A stretch of DNA of 64,000 nucleotides from Pecten maximus (taxonomy: Eukaryota). The first letter of the stretch is position 1. Each line of letters starts with the position of its first letter. Shown here piece by piece: positions 13,560-27,200 of this stretch. The position numbers were made by a program, and so were the translations under genes. The notes under the pieces are model-generated. The model ran no database searches, was not told where the DNA came from, and saw nothing but the letters and a program-made list of their open reading frames with translations. The stretch spans positions 41,974,001 through 42,038,000 of the forward strand of contig NC_047015.1 of NCBI RefSeq assembly GCF_902652985.1, given 5' to 3'.

Positions 13560-14447
13560 CAGTAAACTCCACATTTCACGAAGTCGGATTTAACGATATA
13601 CCGCATTTCACGAAGTCTTTAAAAATCCCCTACTGAGCCTCTATATAAACCTTTGTAAATTAATCCTGTATTCACGAAGTCGCTATGTACGAACTATCGC
13701 TTTGTGCGATATGGTCTGGGGGTCCCCACGGGATAATTTACCTGTATGCACGAACTGTGAAAACAACTCATTAACCCTACCCGATATAAATCGCTGTAAA
13801 AACAAGTCACTGTTCATTTGTTTGTCACTTTATACACGAAATGGATAACAAATCGGAAGACTCTGAGTCGGACAGCGATAGTGATACCGGGGTTGAATTG
13901 AAAATTCCTACTCTCGTAGAGTTCATGGACAGTGTTGACAAAATAAAAATGTTCGTAGAGTCACGCGAGAATGTCGATGAAACAATGTTTGCGTGTATCA
14001 CCAAACTTTCTGACTTTGCTGACAAGTGTCATTATTCTTCAAAACAGAAACAAATGACTGACTTTTTTACGAAAGTATGAAAAAAAAAAAGTTCGATGAT
14101 CGCTCGCGGTATGTTTTCCTGTGTAACTGATACGTACACGTGTACTGTATATAGGCTAATGTACATATGATTCAATGCATGCGTTTAGCTTACGTTGTGT
14201 TAATAACAATTTGTAAATAATAATTAAAATGTAACACAAGTTTAACAAAATGTCCAGTGATTGTTGTTTTTAAATACTGATCATACAGTTAGTGTTTACA
14301 CATTTACGCTAGGCCTAGCTAGCCAGCTGGTGAACGGTATATATATCGAGATTTTAGACAGGGAGGACTGGTCGTGTTTCACGAAGTCCGGTTTCTACGA
14401 AGTTGTTTTCATGGTCCGACTGACTTCTTGAAAACCGGAGTTTACTG
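13560..14447 (+). mobile_element. pogo/Tigger-type internally deleted DNA transposon (MITE)
   Basis: Imperfect 26-bp TIRs (CAGTAAACTCCACATTTCACGAAGTC vs reverse complement CAGTAAACTCCGGTTTTCAAGAAGTC), flanked by TA on both sides. Internal ORF 13841-14080 resembles the acidic, helical C-terminus of Tigger transposases and ends in KQKQMTDFF. Confidence 0.85.
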
Positions 14448-15233
14448 TACAATGCCATACAGCACACAATCTGACAAATACTTAATTTGTGTACATATCA
14501 AAACCCCTCATCAATGTGTCTTGCTTGTGACAAAAACAGCCTTCAAAATAAATGTAATAAGAATGTTTACAACATAGTATACATTGCTATCCATTAATTT
14601 CGTATACCAGTATGCTTTGGTGCTAATTAAACAATACATAAGAGTATGTATATTTGTACCAAAATGTATGACCTGTACAAACATGCATGTATTATGGATA
14701 ATATGACATGTCATAGCAGACTAAAATGACCCCACTACCTTCTATAAGCCAAAACAAGTGTTCTTCAATATGACATTTTAAAACAAAGCTAATATTAGAA
14801 AATACAAAATGTACTACAAAAAAAAAAGATAAATATCTAATACTGAAAATGCTTATTCCTTTTAAAATATGGACAACAACGCAGTATTCTTTCCAGAGTA
14901 TAAATGGTCATCTCTGGAAATTCTTCAAGCTTACACTAAGTTGTTTCTGCTAAGGAGATATGTATAATGCCAGCCTCACATACTGAATAACTTGCTGAGA
15001 GGATTAACTGGTCTCTTGTACAACTATGTCTATTCAGCTCTGTCAGCAGTACTAATAGTATGTAGTCACAATCAATTTGATGGAAAGGCTCTGTGATCAA
15101 TCCAGGAGATGATATGTAATGACAATATTATCAATGAAATATCACTTTTATCCATCGTTAATAACTAGCACAATGAAGGGACGGATTCTTGGCATCACAC
15201 ATTTAAAATGATACCCATCAGCACCAATATGGA

Positions 15234-18200
15234 TTACCGGGTAGCTGTTTTGGGTTTTCCTACGACAAATGGAGTCACTGGTGCTGCAAGAAAACAACAC
15301 ATCAATTTATCATATTTCATTTAAATATGTGTTGGTAAGAAATACTTTTCTAAATTTTTTTTTAATTTGAATTCTTAATAATTTACATGACATTCTTTTT
15401 TACATACACTGTATGTATTATTGATAATCGAGCCACTGCTATGAAACTTTCCATGTTAACAGTGCAACTTTTTGTATTAAATATTTCTGAAAAGTAGCAA
15501 CAACTTAATATAATACCATATTTAATATATAAAGCTTGACTCTGCAAACTACAGTTCAGTTACTATAACTATAGGTCTTACTTGGGATTAGTAGATGCTT
15601 GCAAACATTTCCACAAGTATTGCTTAGATGTAAGTACAACTTGATGATTTTTAAAAAGACTAAGTATTTTTCATCAATTTTGGTGATTTGGGATGAGATT
15701 ATCAGTTTGGTATCAATAAGATTATTATCTTTATTTCAAATCAAATACCAATTGAAATACATTTTTTGATATTAATAAATTTGTTTATTATAATAATGTT
15801 ATCATCATAATATTATGGGAATAAATCGCATTAATCTATTATAATACAAAATGTAATTGATGATGAGATTGTAAGAGCTTTCCATTATACTTACGTTTAT
15901 TACTGGCTACCTTATCAGTTTGTGCTACTTTAGCCTGGTAAAGCGCTCTGCAAAACAAAAAAAGTATGAGAGCACTCAGTGAATTTTTATAGTTTGCAAA
16001 ATGATGTTAATCAATATCTGGTAATCCACAAAGTACTAATATACACAATATGCACAATCATTTTATATAGAAAATTAATTACTAATGTTTGGAATCTTAT
16101 ACATTGACTGTCAATCATATAGAGGAACAAATTGGAAGGGAACAATACTTAAAATAATATTAATTTTACATCCATCTTCATGCTGCGTCATTGTAAATCT
16201 TACTCTACCAAGCCCATGTTGTGTGCATGGCTCTACTGTAGATACCATGATACATTGAGCTGGCTTAGATATCACCATTATGACAACTCTACTGACCTGT
16301 ATTGCCTAGATTGTGCGAGGAAGCGTCGAGCCAAAGCTATTTCTGCTCCAAGTCTGCGTAGGTCATCTCCCTCAAACTCAGGAAGGTGAGGATACTGTAA
16401 AGTAAACCAATCAATATAATTCTGTAACCAATACCAAGCTGTCCAAATTACTGCTACACCACTATTCCAATAGAACAATGAATTGTGTTTTACAGTTTTA
16501 TATCCATAAACATATAACTTTATGTCAAGACAATATCATCTTATTTGAGTATCAGTCACACCAAAAACAATACCATTTGATCATTCTTTTCCTGGAATAT
16601 TTCCCAGATGTTACTTTACACAGGAACAGTGTGAATGTTACTGGTATATTACCTCTGTGTCAGTGAATCCCTCTGTTAAAAGTTTGTGTGCAAACAACTG
16701 TGCATCAAAGTCACTTTGGATCTTATGGAATCGACCACCAGTCTCTTTGCTTAACATTCGCAAGAAATTATTGGCCGTGCTACAACAAAATAAGAAGTAC
16801 ATTACTATTATTAATAATACAGTTAAAAAAAAGCTGGGTGTATAATTATGCATTAATCTTTAAGGACTGATGAACAGCTGAGCTGAGAGTGTAGTGTGTA
16901 GTGTGAATATGTCTTTAGAGTACAGCTGTGCAGCAAGGAGAGTTATAGTAATGAAATAATTATAGCTCTAGGGAGTCAATGTCATTTCTTTAGATCTTGT
17001 GTGGACATAGTACTTCAGTAATCATGTGCGACATTTGGTGAGATTTGCATAATCATTGTACAATCTGAGGAGTTCTCATGTAGTAACAGTTGAAGGAGTC
17101 AACATTTGGAATAAACTATTTAAGGAGTTTATTAGTCTCAACAAGTGAGGATATTTAACTCTCTTAACAGGTGAGAAAGTTTACCTGTCTCAACAGGTAA
17201 TAGAGTGTATTTGTCTCAACAGATGAGGGAGTTTATCTGCCTTAACAGGTGACAAAGCACTGGTGGATTTAAGGGCGATGGGGAGGGGGTGGGGGGGCAC
17301 ATGTCCCCCTAAAATTGTATGAATCTATCGTGAAATACACTAGAATGCAGGATTTTTCATTTACCTGCTAAAATTTTTCCCAGGGAGTTCCCTCGCACCC
17401 CCCGTAATTTGACATGTCCCCTAACTAAAAATCCTGTATCCGACCTTGCAGAGTTTACCTGTCTAAACAGGCGAGGAGTTTACCTGTCTAAACAGGTGAG
17501 GAGTTTACCTGTCTAAACAGGTAAGGGAGTTTAATTGTCTTAACAGCTAGGTGACAGAGTTTACTTGTCTCAACAGGTGAGGGAGTTTACCTGTCTCAAC
17601 AGGTGAGGGAGTTTACCTGTCTCAATAGGTGAGGGAATAAACCAGTGAGCAAGGTTACATACTAGCTGAACAATATATGGGTTTACCTGTCAGCACAATT
17701 GAAAGAGATTGTGTTGATCTGTACATTTCTGTTCAGGTTCATCTCTCCAACTTCACGTAACACCAGTGTTGTACTGGAATCTGGTTTACCGTCAGTTAAC
17801 ATGTAAATGGCCTCAATTTCTGGGTCCTGGAAAGCTAGCTGTAAATGAGATAATTTGACCACAATTACTATTTAAACAAATGGCATGCCAGTAGAAAAAT
17901 ACAAGACAAATCATAATTAGTGTCTTATATGTTGTAAGAAAAATCGGGACTTATTTCTGTAAAACAGAAAACTGATACCAGTATCTCAGAAATAGGAAAA
18001 ATTAGAATATATATATAAGTAGGGTAAGATAAGACAGATCAGTCTATATTTAAATGATCTGCTAGCATAATTATACAAGAGGCCCAGAGGGCCTGTATCG
18101 CTCACCTGGTTTCATGATATATGAAACAAGAACTATGCTTAAGTATATTTGCCACTGGTATTGCTATGTCAGTATATCATAGGCATTTCATATGGTTACA

Positions 18201-21200
18201 TGAACATTGTTTTTATTGTAAATCTAAAAATGTCAATTTAGCCAAATTGATCCCTTTTGGCCCCCCGGGGGTCAGCCCCACCAATTGTACAATTTTGAAT
18301 CTCTACCTCAAGGGGATGCTACCAGGCGAATATGAGCGATATATATTAATCCATTGCTTAGTTTCAGAGAAGAAGTTGTTTATATCAATTTAGGCAAATT
18401 GACCCCTTCTGGCCCGCCCCTCAGCCCTCAGGGGGGTCAGCCCTATCATTTGTACAATTTTGAATCCCTACCCCAAGGGGATATTACCAGTCAAATATGT
18501 GAGATATCCATTGCTTAGTTTCAGAGGAGAAGTTGTTTATATCAATTTAGCCAAATTGACCCTGTTTGGCCCCGCCCCTCAGCGCCCCGGGGTGTCAGCC
18601 CCACCACTTATACAATTTTGAGTTCCCACTCAATGGTGATGCTACCAGGCAAATATGAGCGATATCCATTGCTCAGTTTCAGAGAAGAAGTCATTTATAT
18701 CAATAGAGCCCAATTGACCACATTTGGCCCCACCCCTCAGGCCCCTGGGGGGTCAGCCCCATCATTTGTACAATTTTGAATCCCCACCACATAGTGATGC
18801 TACCAGGCAAATATGAGCCATATCCAATGCTCGGTTTCAGAGAAGAAGTCGTTTATATCAATATAGCCCGATTGACCTCATTTGGCCCCGCCCCAGAGGC
18901 CCCCAGGGGGTCAGCCCCATCATTTGTACAATTTTGAATCCCCACCCCATAGTGATGCTACCAAGCAAATATGAGCGATATCCATTGCTCGGTTTCAGAG
19001 AAGAAGTCGTTTATATCAAAATAGCTAAATTGACCCCTTTTGGCCCCGCCCCAGAGGCCCCCAGGGGATCAGCCCCATCATTTGTACAATTTTGAGTCCC
19101 CTACCCATAGGGATGCTTCTGACCAAATTTGGTGAAATTCCAATCAGCGGTTATGAAGAAGAAGTCAAATAATTCAATTGTTGACGGACGGACGGACGGA
19201 CGGACGACAGACGGACGACAGACGGACGACGGACGGACGGACGACGGACGACGGACGCCACGGTATGGCATAAGCTCACCTTGGTCCTTCGGACCAGGTG
19301 AGCTAATAACCTATGTATTACAGGTTTAGTTCATGATAAACTTCATTTGTTTTGATGTTAAAACTAATTATTAAGTTTATTTGATAAGACAATGAATAAA
19401 CATGAGAAATTTACCCTGAGAGCCTCTAATGTACAGGTGTTACCACCAGCAGTCAGTCTGGACGTCCAGTTGACAGCACTATGACAGTTCTCCTGTGTTG
19501 CAGGCTGTATACTTCTACTCCAGACCTCACAGTCACCAGAAAACCTCATCAAGTTAAATCTGTGAGAGCAAAATGTTCTTAATATAATATTTATTGAAAG
19601 CATCAATATATTAGGAATAATGAATGTTCTAAATCCTTGAGTAAATTCTAAGCATAATAATCATAGTAAACATTCATAACATTGCAGAGGTTATATACAC
19701 TGGGCAGCTCTCTGATCCTGTGTTAATCTTTAATTTGATCTCAATATTTAAGTCGCACCAAAACAATAATACTATCTATCTAACTATAAAGTGTACAAAC
19801 CTGGCCCCAAGCCTGTACAACTGATCCCAGATCAGGGCAGCTACTTCCTTCTTCAGTTCGTTCATGTAGGGATCCATTGACCCAGAGGTGTCAATCAGGA
19901 TCACACTCTTTTTGTGGATCAATGTTCCAAACACCCGACGACTCCCTGTAACAGAGATGATAAACATTTCACTACTAGTACTCTAACACATCGTTATCGA
20001 TATACCTACCATCATCTGCCCACGGTGGTTTTGGTATTTGAATGTACAGAGAAGATTTAATTTTCTATTATTGATTCAGAGGTACATATTATAATAATAT
20101 CAGTCAAAACGAAACAATATACAGTGTATCTGTAATTATTGTGGTAAGGCTAAATGTTCAAAGAATAATATTTTCCACTAGTTAAATATCTTGTACAGTA
20201 TATACAATGTATAAGTCTGTGTTACATTAACTGACTGTGATATTTTATACTTATGTTGTATTTGTTATCCATATTGTAAGTGGACCCCCGGGTCTGTTAA
20301 ATTGGAAATAAATAAATAATTTTTTTTTTAGGTTTTGAATTTGTTTTTATTCAATTGAGTGATGCCAGGCTTGGGACCCTAGGTTCTGCCCTCATCCATC
20401 AAGGAACCTATATTGCATGAGGCTATATGTCCACTGTACTCACCACTAAGGAGCCATTGGAGACGTTTAAGATAACGCCGTAAGACTTTCTCCGTTTGTG
20501 CCTCATAGTCCTTCAGCTCATGAGGAAGCAGCTGCAGGTGTTTTATAGTGCCTTTAATGTTCACCGTGGGGAAAATGTCACAATACCTAGGAACAATGTC
20601 CACAAAAATAAACCACAGGGAAAAACATTATCTATGGGAGAAATCCTCATTAAATGTGAGTCTGTTTACATCAAACAGACCATTTCAGAACTTAAGTATT
20701 ACAGGCTGATATTTCTGATTAGTCTTTCAGAAGGTGTCACTGAAAGCAATTAATCAATGAAAATGAAATCTACTATTCTGGATGACAATGGTAAATCCTA
20801 GCCATCTTTTATCACAGTACAGTAGTACATATACATATAGGAGATGCTGATAGGTCAAATGATGTTTATTCCCTCTATGATTTGAATGCTACACTATATT
20901 TCACCTTATGATCAATACATGAAGTACACTGATGTCAATTCATCTTTTATGAAACTAAAATGCTCGATATAAACAGTCATGTTTGTTTACTTACTTTGCA
21001 GAGACGTTTTTGTGGAGACTTTTCACACTGTTCTCCTTATGTTTACAGTCTGGCCCTGACACCATTCGATTGAGGTCGAGTTTCAGTTTTGACAAGCTGT
21101 ACAGTCTCAACCACTAAAACATATACCATGTGTATTAGAATGATTTCTAATCAAATATCATTAGGATTACCAATTTAGTTTTATCAATTTTAAAAAATAA

Positions 21201-24200
21201 GTTAAACTTATCGATAATTATAAGTCATGTAAAATGATAATTATTGAAGGATCACAGTAAAATATGGTAGAATTGGATCATAAGTTTTTCAATTTACAGG
21301 TTGGTATCAGCTGTTCAGGAACCTGTAATGACAATTATGTAAGAAGGCCAACCTCTTTGGATGTCTGGACATCCTCATGATCTGGGATGGTGACATCTAC
21401 GACACCTCTTCTAACAGACTTTGTGGCCGGATACTTCCTGAACACTGTACCTATAACACCAAAGTTCAAGTGATGAAAACAATTTTAATAAACTTCAAAG
21501 TTAGGTGGTGAAAACATTATCACAAGATTCATCGCCAGGCTCTTTATAATAAAAGGTAAATATAATGTGTAAAGACTTGATTTGAAGACTGGCTTTCATT
21601 TTGGGAGTGACCCACAAGAGCATATCCCACATACACAAGTAAGCCTACTTCTTCATTTTTGCAAAATAATCAAGTACAAAATCTATTAGCAATTAGGCTG
21701 ATTTTGGTTCACAAATGAGCCCTCCCTTTAATACTATTTAAACTTTTCACTAGGGAAGGGGGCTTTTTTGAGGATAAATATTGTACATGCACACCCTCCC
21801 ATGATGATACTAGTTAGAGCTATTCCAGTAAAATATCTTCCCAACAGGAGGAGTCCAGGTTTGTAAAACAGGGACCACACATAGCGATTAATTAATTCAA
21901 ATAGTACTTTATAATATGATGAAGACATAGAATTTCTTTATTTCTGGATTCCTCCCAATAGATATATATTTTATAAATTGTACCTGTTCCATCACCAGTT
22001 TGGCCTTTGTTGTTGTCAAGGAAAAAACTTGAGGTGACAACTTTCTTGGTTTTGACCCTTGCCATGGGATCCTTGGCTGAGATTGGTCGCTCCCTCGTCG
22101 ATGTTCGACCAGCAGCCTCCCGGGCTGTAGTAGCACTTGTTGGTCGCTGAAGGCGAAGTGAAGTCATAGTCTCCTTCTCGTAATCAGCACGTGCACTTCT
22201 CTACACATGAAAGAAACCCACAGAGATATCACAGAAAAAGGTTTCATTACTTGAATTGTTAGTACACACTGCATTTTAACTGTAACTCGCTCTACACATT
22301 GGTATGTGCCTTACTGAAAATATGCTTTGTATAATGAATGGGTTAACAATCATGCTGCTGAAATTAACATTCCATTTCTTAAATATGAATTTGAAGTAAA
22401 TCTGACAAAAAAGTAAATTAAGGCCAACAGTATGGTTCCTTTTTTACCAATTAATATGTAGCCTGTCTTCACCCTGTATATGACCCCATTATCAGTACAC
22501 ATACTAACTTTCGTATAATATGACCCATTACCATGATATCACCTTTGGAATAACACACTTGCTATTCTTATTTTAACAAAAGAGTTTGAGTCAGTCGTTT
22601 TTACTTACTGGTTTGACATATTCACTAGGCAGCCTTGGTGCAGGTAGGGCTCGATTCTTCAGGTGTGAGAACTCTGGGGCAGGTAGTGCCTTTATCTGGT
22701 CAAAGTATTGGTGATGCTGCAATAGAATCAAGGTAATATATCTGTCAGTGAGTTCTTATATAAATCAACTTCATACCGGTTATATTAGATTATACAATGT
22801 ATTGTAAGTACAAAAGACACAAGATCCTAGCACTGTTTAAGACAAATTGACAGTGTAAAATTGCATCAAACTGCTAAATGTTTCGTCCTTCTAGGACTCG
22901 TCAGTGAAGGCCCAAATTTGTTGATACATGTGTACCTAGGAGTTCAGGGTGGAACTCAAAACAGGTTGAAAGGAACATTAACACTACATGTTGAGGTGCA
23001 ATAGCCGCAAAATTCCAAAAAATTCTAAATTATCTGAAGCTGACATAATGATTGATAAGAAAATAGATTATCTGTATATATACATACATATCTGTCTCTG
23101 TACTTCTTTTTGACTGACTCCACAAGCATCTGGACCTTTCTGGAGAAGTTGAGTGCCTTGTCTATCTCAGCTGTGATGTGTTGGATGTCATCATTCTCAA
23201 TGATTCCTACAACATAAACATTAAACTTTATCTAACCATTCCAGTCTTTTGTTTATCCTAAAGTCAGCTGTCAGTCTGAGTACGGGTAGTGTTAATTTGA
23301 ATAATTAATGATAAAATAAATAAAAGACTTTTAATAGCTATTATGTTGCTTTTACACTATTTTTTCACATGATTCATTAACTTCAATATATTTGGCAGAC
23401 TTCTGCATTGTTTTGTCATCTGCATATACATGTACAATTCACACTGCTTAGAGTGAAAACTGGAGAGGCATGTCATTTATGTAAAGTTAAAATATCAGAG
23501 GCCCTAATTATTGAGCCCTGTGGTACACCAGTTGTTATTTAATCAAGGACTGATTAAGTGATTTTTAAGGAGACACTTTGTAATCGACACATTAGATAGG
23601 ATGTGAAAAATTACATTGCATTGTTTAAACAACCATTATTATGTACATGTATTTTCATTTTTTGTTACAGAATATTGTGGTCAACAAGGTCAAAAGCCTT
23701 TCTGAAATCAATATACATTACACAAGTTAGATTTCCTTTATCCATCTCTTTATGCCATCTAGTTGTTACTGCTGTTAGTTAGGGCTGACTATTTTGGCCA
23801 ATTTTACAAGGGAGACAGAGATAAGAAAAGAAATGATGAATAAGTGGAATCCTTACATGGCTTTGGAATTGTTTGTTTTAAGTTGTTTTCATTGAAAAAT
23901 ATTTTCTTGTTTCAATATTAATACTGTAAATCATAAATCATGAATAGGATACTAAATATTCAATAAAGTTCACAATTTTGTAATTTCTTGTTTTGGTTTT
24001 ATTTACAATCAGATAAATGGACCTATGCCACAGATCATATACATGTTCTTCTTTAGAAAAATAAGTTTGTCTCCATGATCAGGTTACACAATTCATTAAA
24101 TAAATAAACCTAGCCTACACTGATATTTGGGCAAACTGTCAATCACTTGGTATCTCCTCTGCTTTGGCTTTGGCAGAAAATATTGTCGAATGTGTATAGG

Positions 24201-27200
24201 TGTCAGGGTCAACGCGATTGAACTGGATACCGAGATTTCTTGTCCATGCATGGAGGGATGCCACTTTTGCCTTTAATAGCTGGTCATTTAAGTTTGTAGT
24301 ATTTAAACTGTACTTTTCATTTAGACAGATTTGCATATGTGGCATACTATTTTGCTTGATCATGCAACAATGTCTTTCACAAACTCTCAGTGTTGCCCCA
24401 CAGAAGCCTTTTCCGTTTTTTGTTTCGTTTTTTTTCTGTTGATAATTTTGAACATGGCTTCAGACCACAATTATACTTCCGGGTCGTTGTACACGAATGT
24501 AGTACATATTGAAATTTCAGGACTGTTGCTAAATATTTTCCCTGACTTAGCTGTTACAGATATGGACATAATTTTAGCATAGATTTATAGTGCAAAATTT
24601 AATCTAGTGACAGAATTTTGTTTTGACACCATTTCCATGTTTGTTTGTGTGGCAGGACACAGGGAGTTATAAGGCTTGAGTAGTAATATTTTGTGATTTT
24701 CCGGATTTTCCCACAATATAGTGGGGTGGTTACACTTAATTAAATATAAATATCTTTCTTAAATGCCGGTCATGAGGTACATGTACTTTCCAGCTCACTG
24801 TATGTTCAGCTTGAATAGTTCTACAACGTGATGTGAAAAACAGATTTTTTGCAAAATTCTGAAATATTTTAATTTCGATTTTTCTTTGGTAGAACAAAGA
24901 GGGAAATTAATTGTGGTCTGAGGCCAGTCGATCAGTCATGTTCTTGGTAAAATGGAGTGGCCTCCCTTTAATCAGTGTTTTGAAGTGTTTTGACATGCAT
25001 GCATTAGTTACTGTGACGAAACATTAAACATAGTGATGACTACAAAATTTTTCGAAAAATTCCTGCGTTTGAACCTTCAAAAGAGAAAGCAGTTCTAGGC
25101 CTAAACTGACTATTGACAGTTGATATGGAACAAAAGATAATAGTTAAATGATATATTGTTACTTACACCATGCAGTAAATTGTTCTGGATCAAGAAATTA
25201 ATAATTAAGGATTAAACTGTCTTTTTTGGTGTCTATGGTCAATATAGATGCCAGAGCTTTGCAAACAAATGTTATATTGTGCTAAGCTCTGGCATCTATA
25301 TCGACCATAGACACCAAAAAAAGACAGTTTAATGCTTATATTTACATTCTAGACATATTCGTTTTATTATATTTGAAAAATAGCATAAAAAATGCCAATA
25401 TTCAGCGATTTCGTCAATGGGGTTCGACAAATAGAGCAGCCTATTTTTTTCAAAATTCATTTGTCACGTGCAGATTGGCAAACAAAAAAGTGCATTGAAA
25501 TAATATGAAAAAAACACATTCTGTTCAATGTTTTTTTATTATTTGTGTAATAATATTGTATAAAATGTCTTTTTCATACTTTTTTATTAACATAAAAAAC
25601 GATTTATGTTAGTTACAAGTAGTTCCGGTGGGTGAATGTATTCATGCGCGGCATGGATTGATGTCACGTTTTGGGTGTCAATTATGGTCACATAGACTGC
25701 AAATCTTTTTATTTAGTTTATATCGTGGCTTTGCCACCAAAATGTAAATATATAGAGATGAATGGACTGTTTTTTTCTAGGATTTTGGATAAAATAGGTA
25801 ATACATAATTATATGTTTTATTCATTCTGTGAAATGTACTCTTTCACAACACAGTATTAATAAAAGATATACTGTAATTGAAAATGTTTGAAATTTCACA
25901 TGATACTTCAATTTGTCTATCATTAAAAAAAATATGATCAGGCTTATTATCACCTTGACTTGGTACCAATTGTTTAAAATATTTCCAATATTTGTTTTGC
26001 TCTTTCTTACAGGCATTTAAGACATGAATTTACAATTCTATTGTTTTTCTTATTAAGGAAGTAACATTTAGATAATTTCTCCATTTCCTATACATATCAT
26101 GATGAACTTTGTAGTTATCTCACTTTCTAAAATTGATAGATTTGTTAATGTCCTCATTCCACCACTTAGAAATGGTTTTGTATTTTACCCTTTTTTTCTT
26201 TAGTTAGTCAGAGCAATTTTGTCCAAAATTTCATAAAATGTTCTATTCCATGCCCCAAAGGAATATCTATCTTCAATTTTATTCATGATGTACTTTTGAA
26301 GTGATGAATATTCATTCTAAAACATACATACACATTACATAGACTGTTACATAATATATACAACTGCTGATCTGAACATCTATGAGTTAATTGTACTTGC
26401 TATATATGGCCTTTGACTAGAATACAAAATATTGTACCTACCTGTTTCTCTGAACCAATGGAACCTCCCATTGCTGCAGTGTGCCATATTCCTCAGAACC
26501 TCCGACGTCCTTGTGATGTTGGCATAGCGTCCAGGGATGGCTCCATTCGAGTTGTAGTCATCCACGTTGAACAGTACCACATGTAATGTGACATTTTTGC
26601 CCGATGTGGACTGTTCAATGAATGATGAAGCCACATCTAGCGTCTGATCAGGCACGCCACTGGAGAACAGGTAAATACCCTCAGGTTCTGTAACAATTTA
26701 AAACAAACACAGTGGAAATATACGACAGTTCAGGTGAATGTTAGAACTAGAATCTTAAAGCTAACTTTTAATTTTCAATTACTGTTGTAACGGCTCCCTG
26801 AGAAGTGAGCAATACATTGTTTGTGAACTGGTATGGAGATAAATTGATATGGAGATCAGATATTATCATAGTTTACCAATATGGTGACTGGCCTCCTGCT
26901 CATTCTCCATGGCCAATTTGAATGCAGACAAGAAGTTCCTGCTTCCCCCACACTGTAGGTCCAGAACCCACCTGTACAAAACACAGATAAATATCATTAA
27001 CTGTCAAGTATTAATAAAAGAGTTTATTATTTTTAGTTTATAATTTATGAAATGTTAACACACAGCTACATGTAATATATTTGTGTATGTATACTATACC
27101 TCCAAGCATCCTGAAGATTCTCGGGTGTTGGTTTCATCATGATAGGACGCCATCCCACAGCCTTACTACCAAACCTAAAGCCAAGAAATCACCATAATGT

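Noticed and set aside
24139-24640. Possible transposase or host exon ORFs
   Set aside because: No recognisable motifs, stops in the extended frames, and not needed for the VWA3A splice path.
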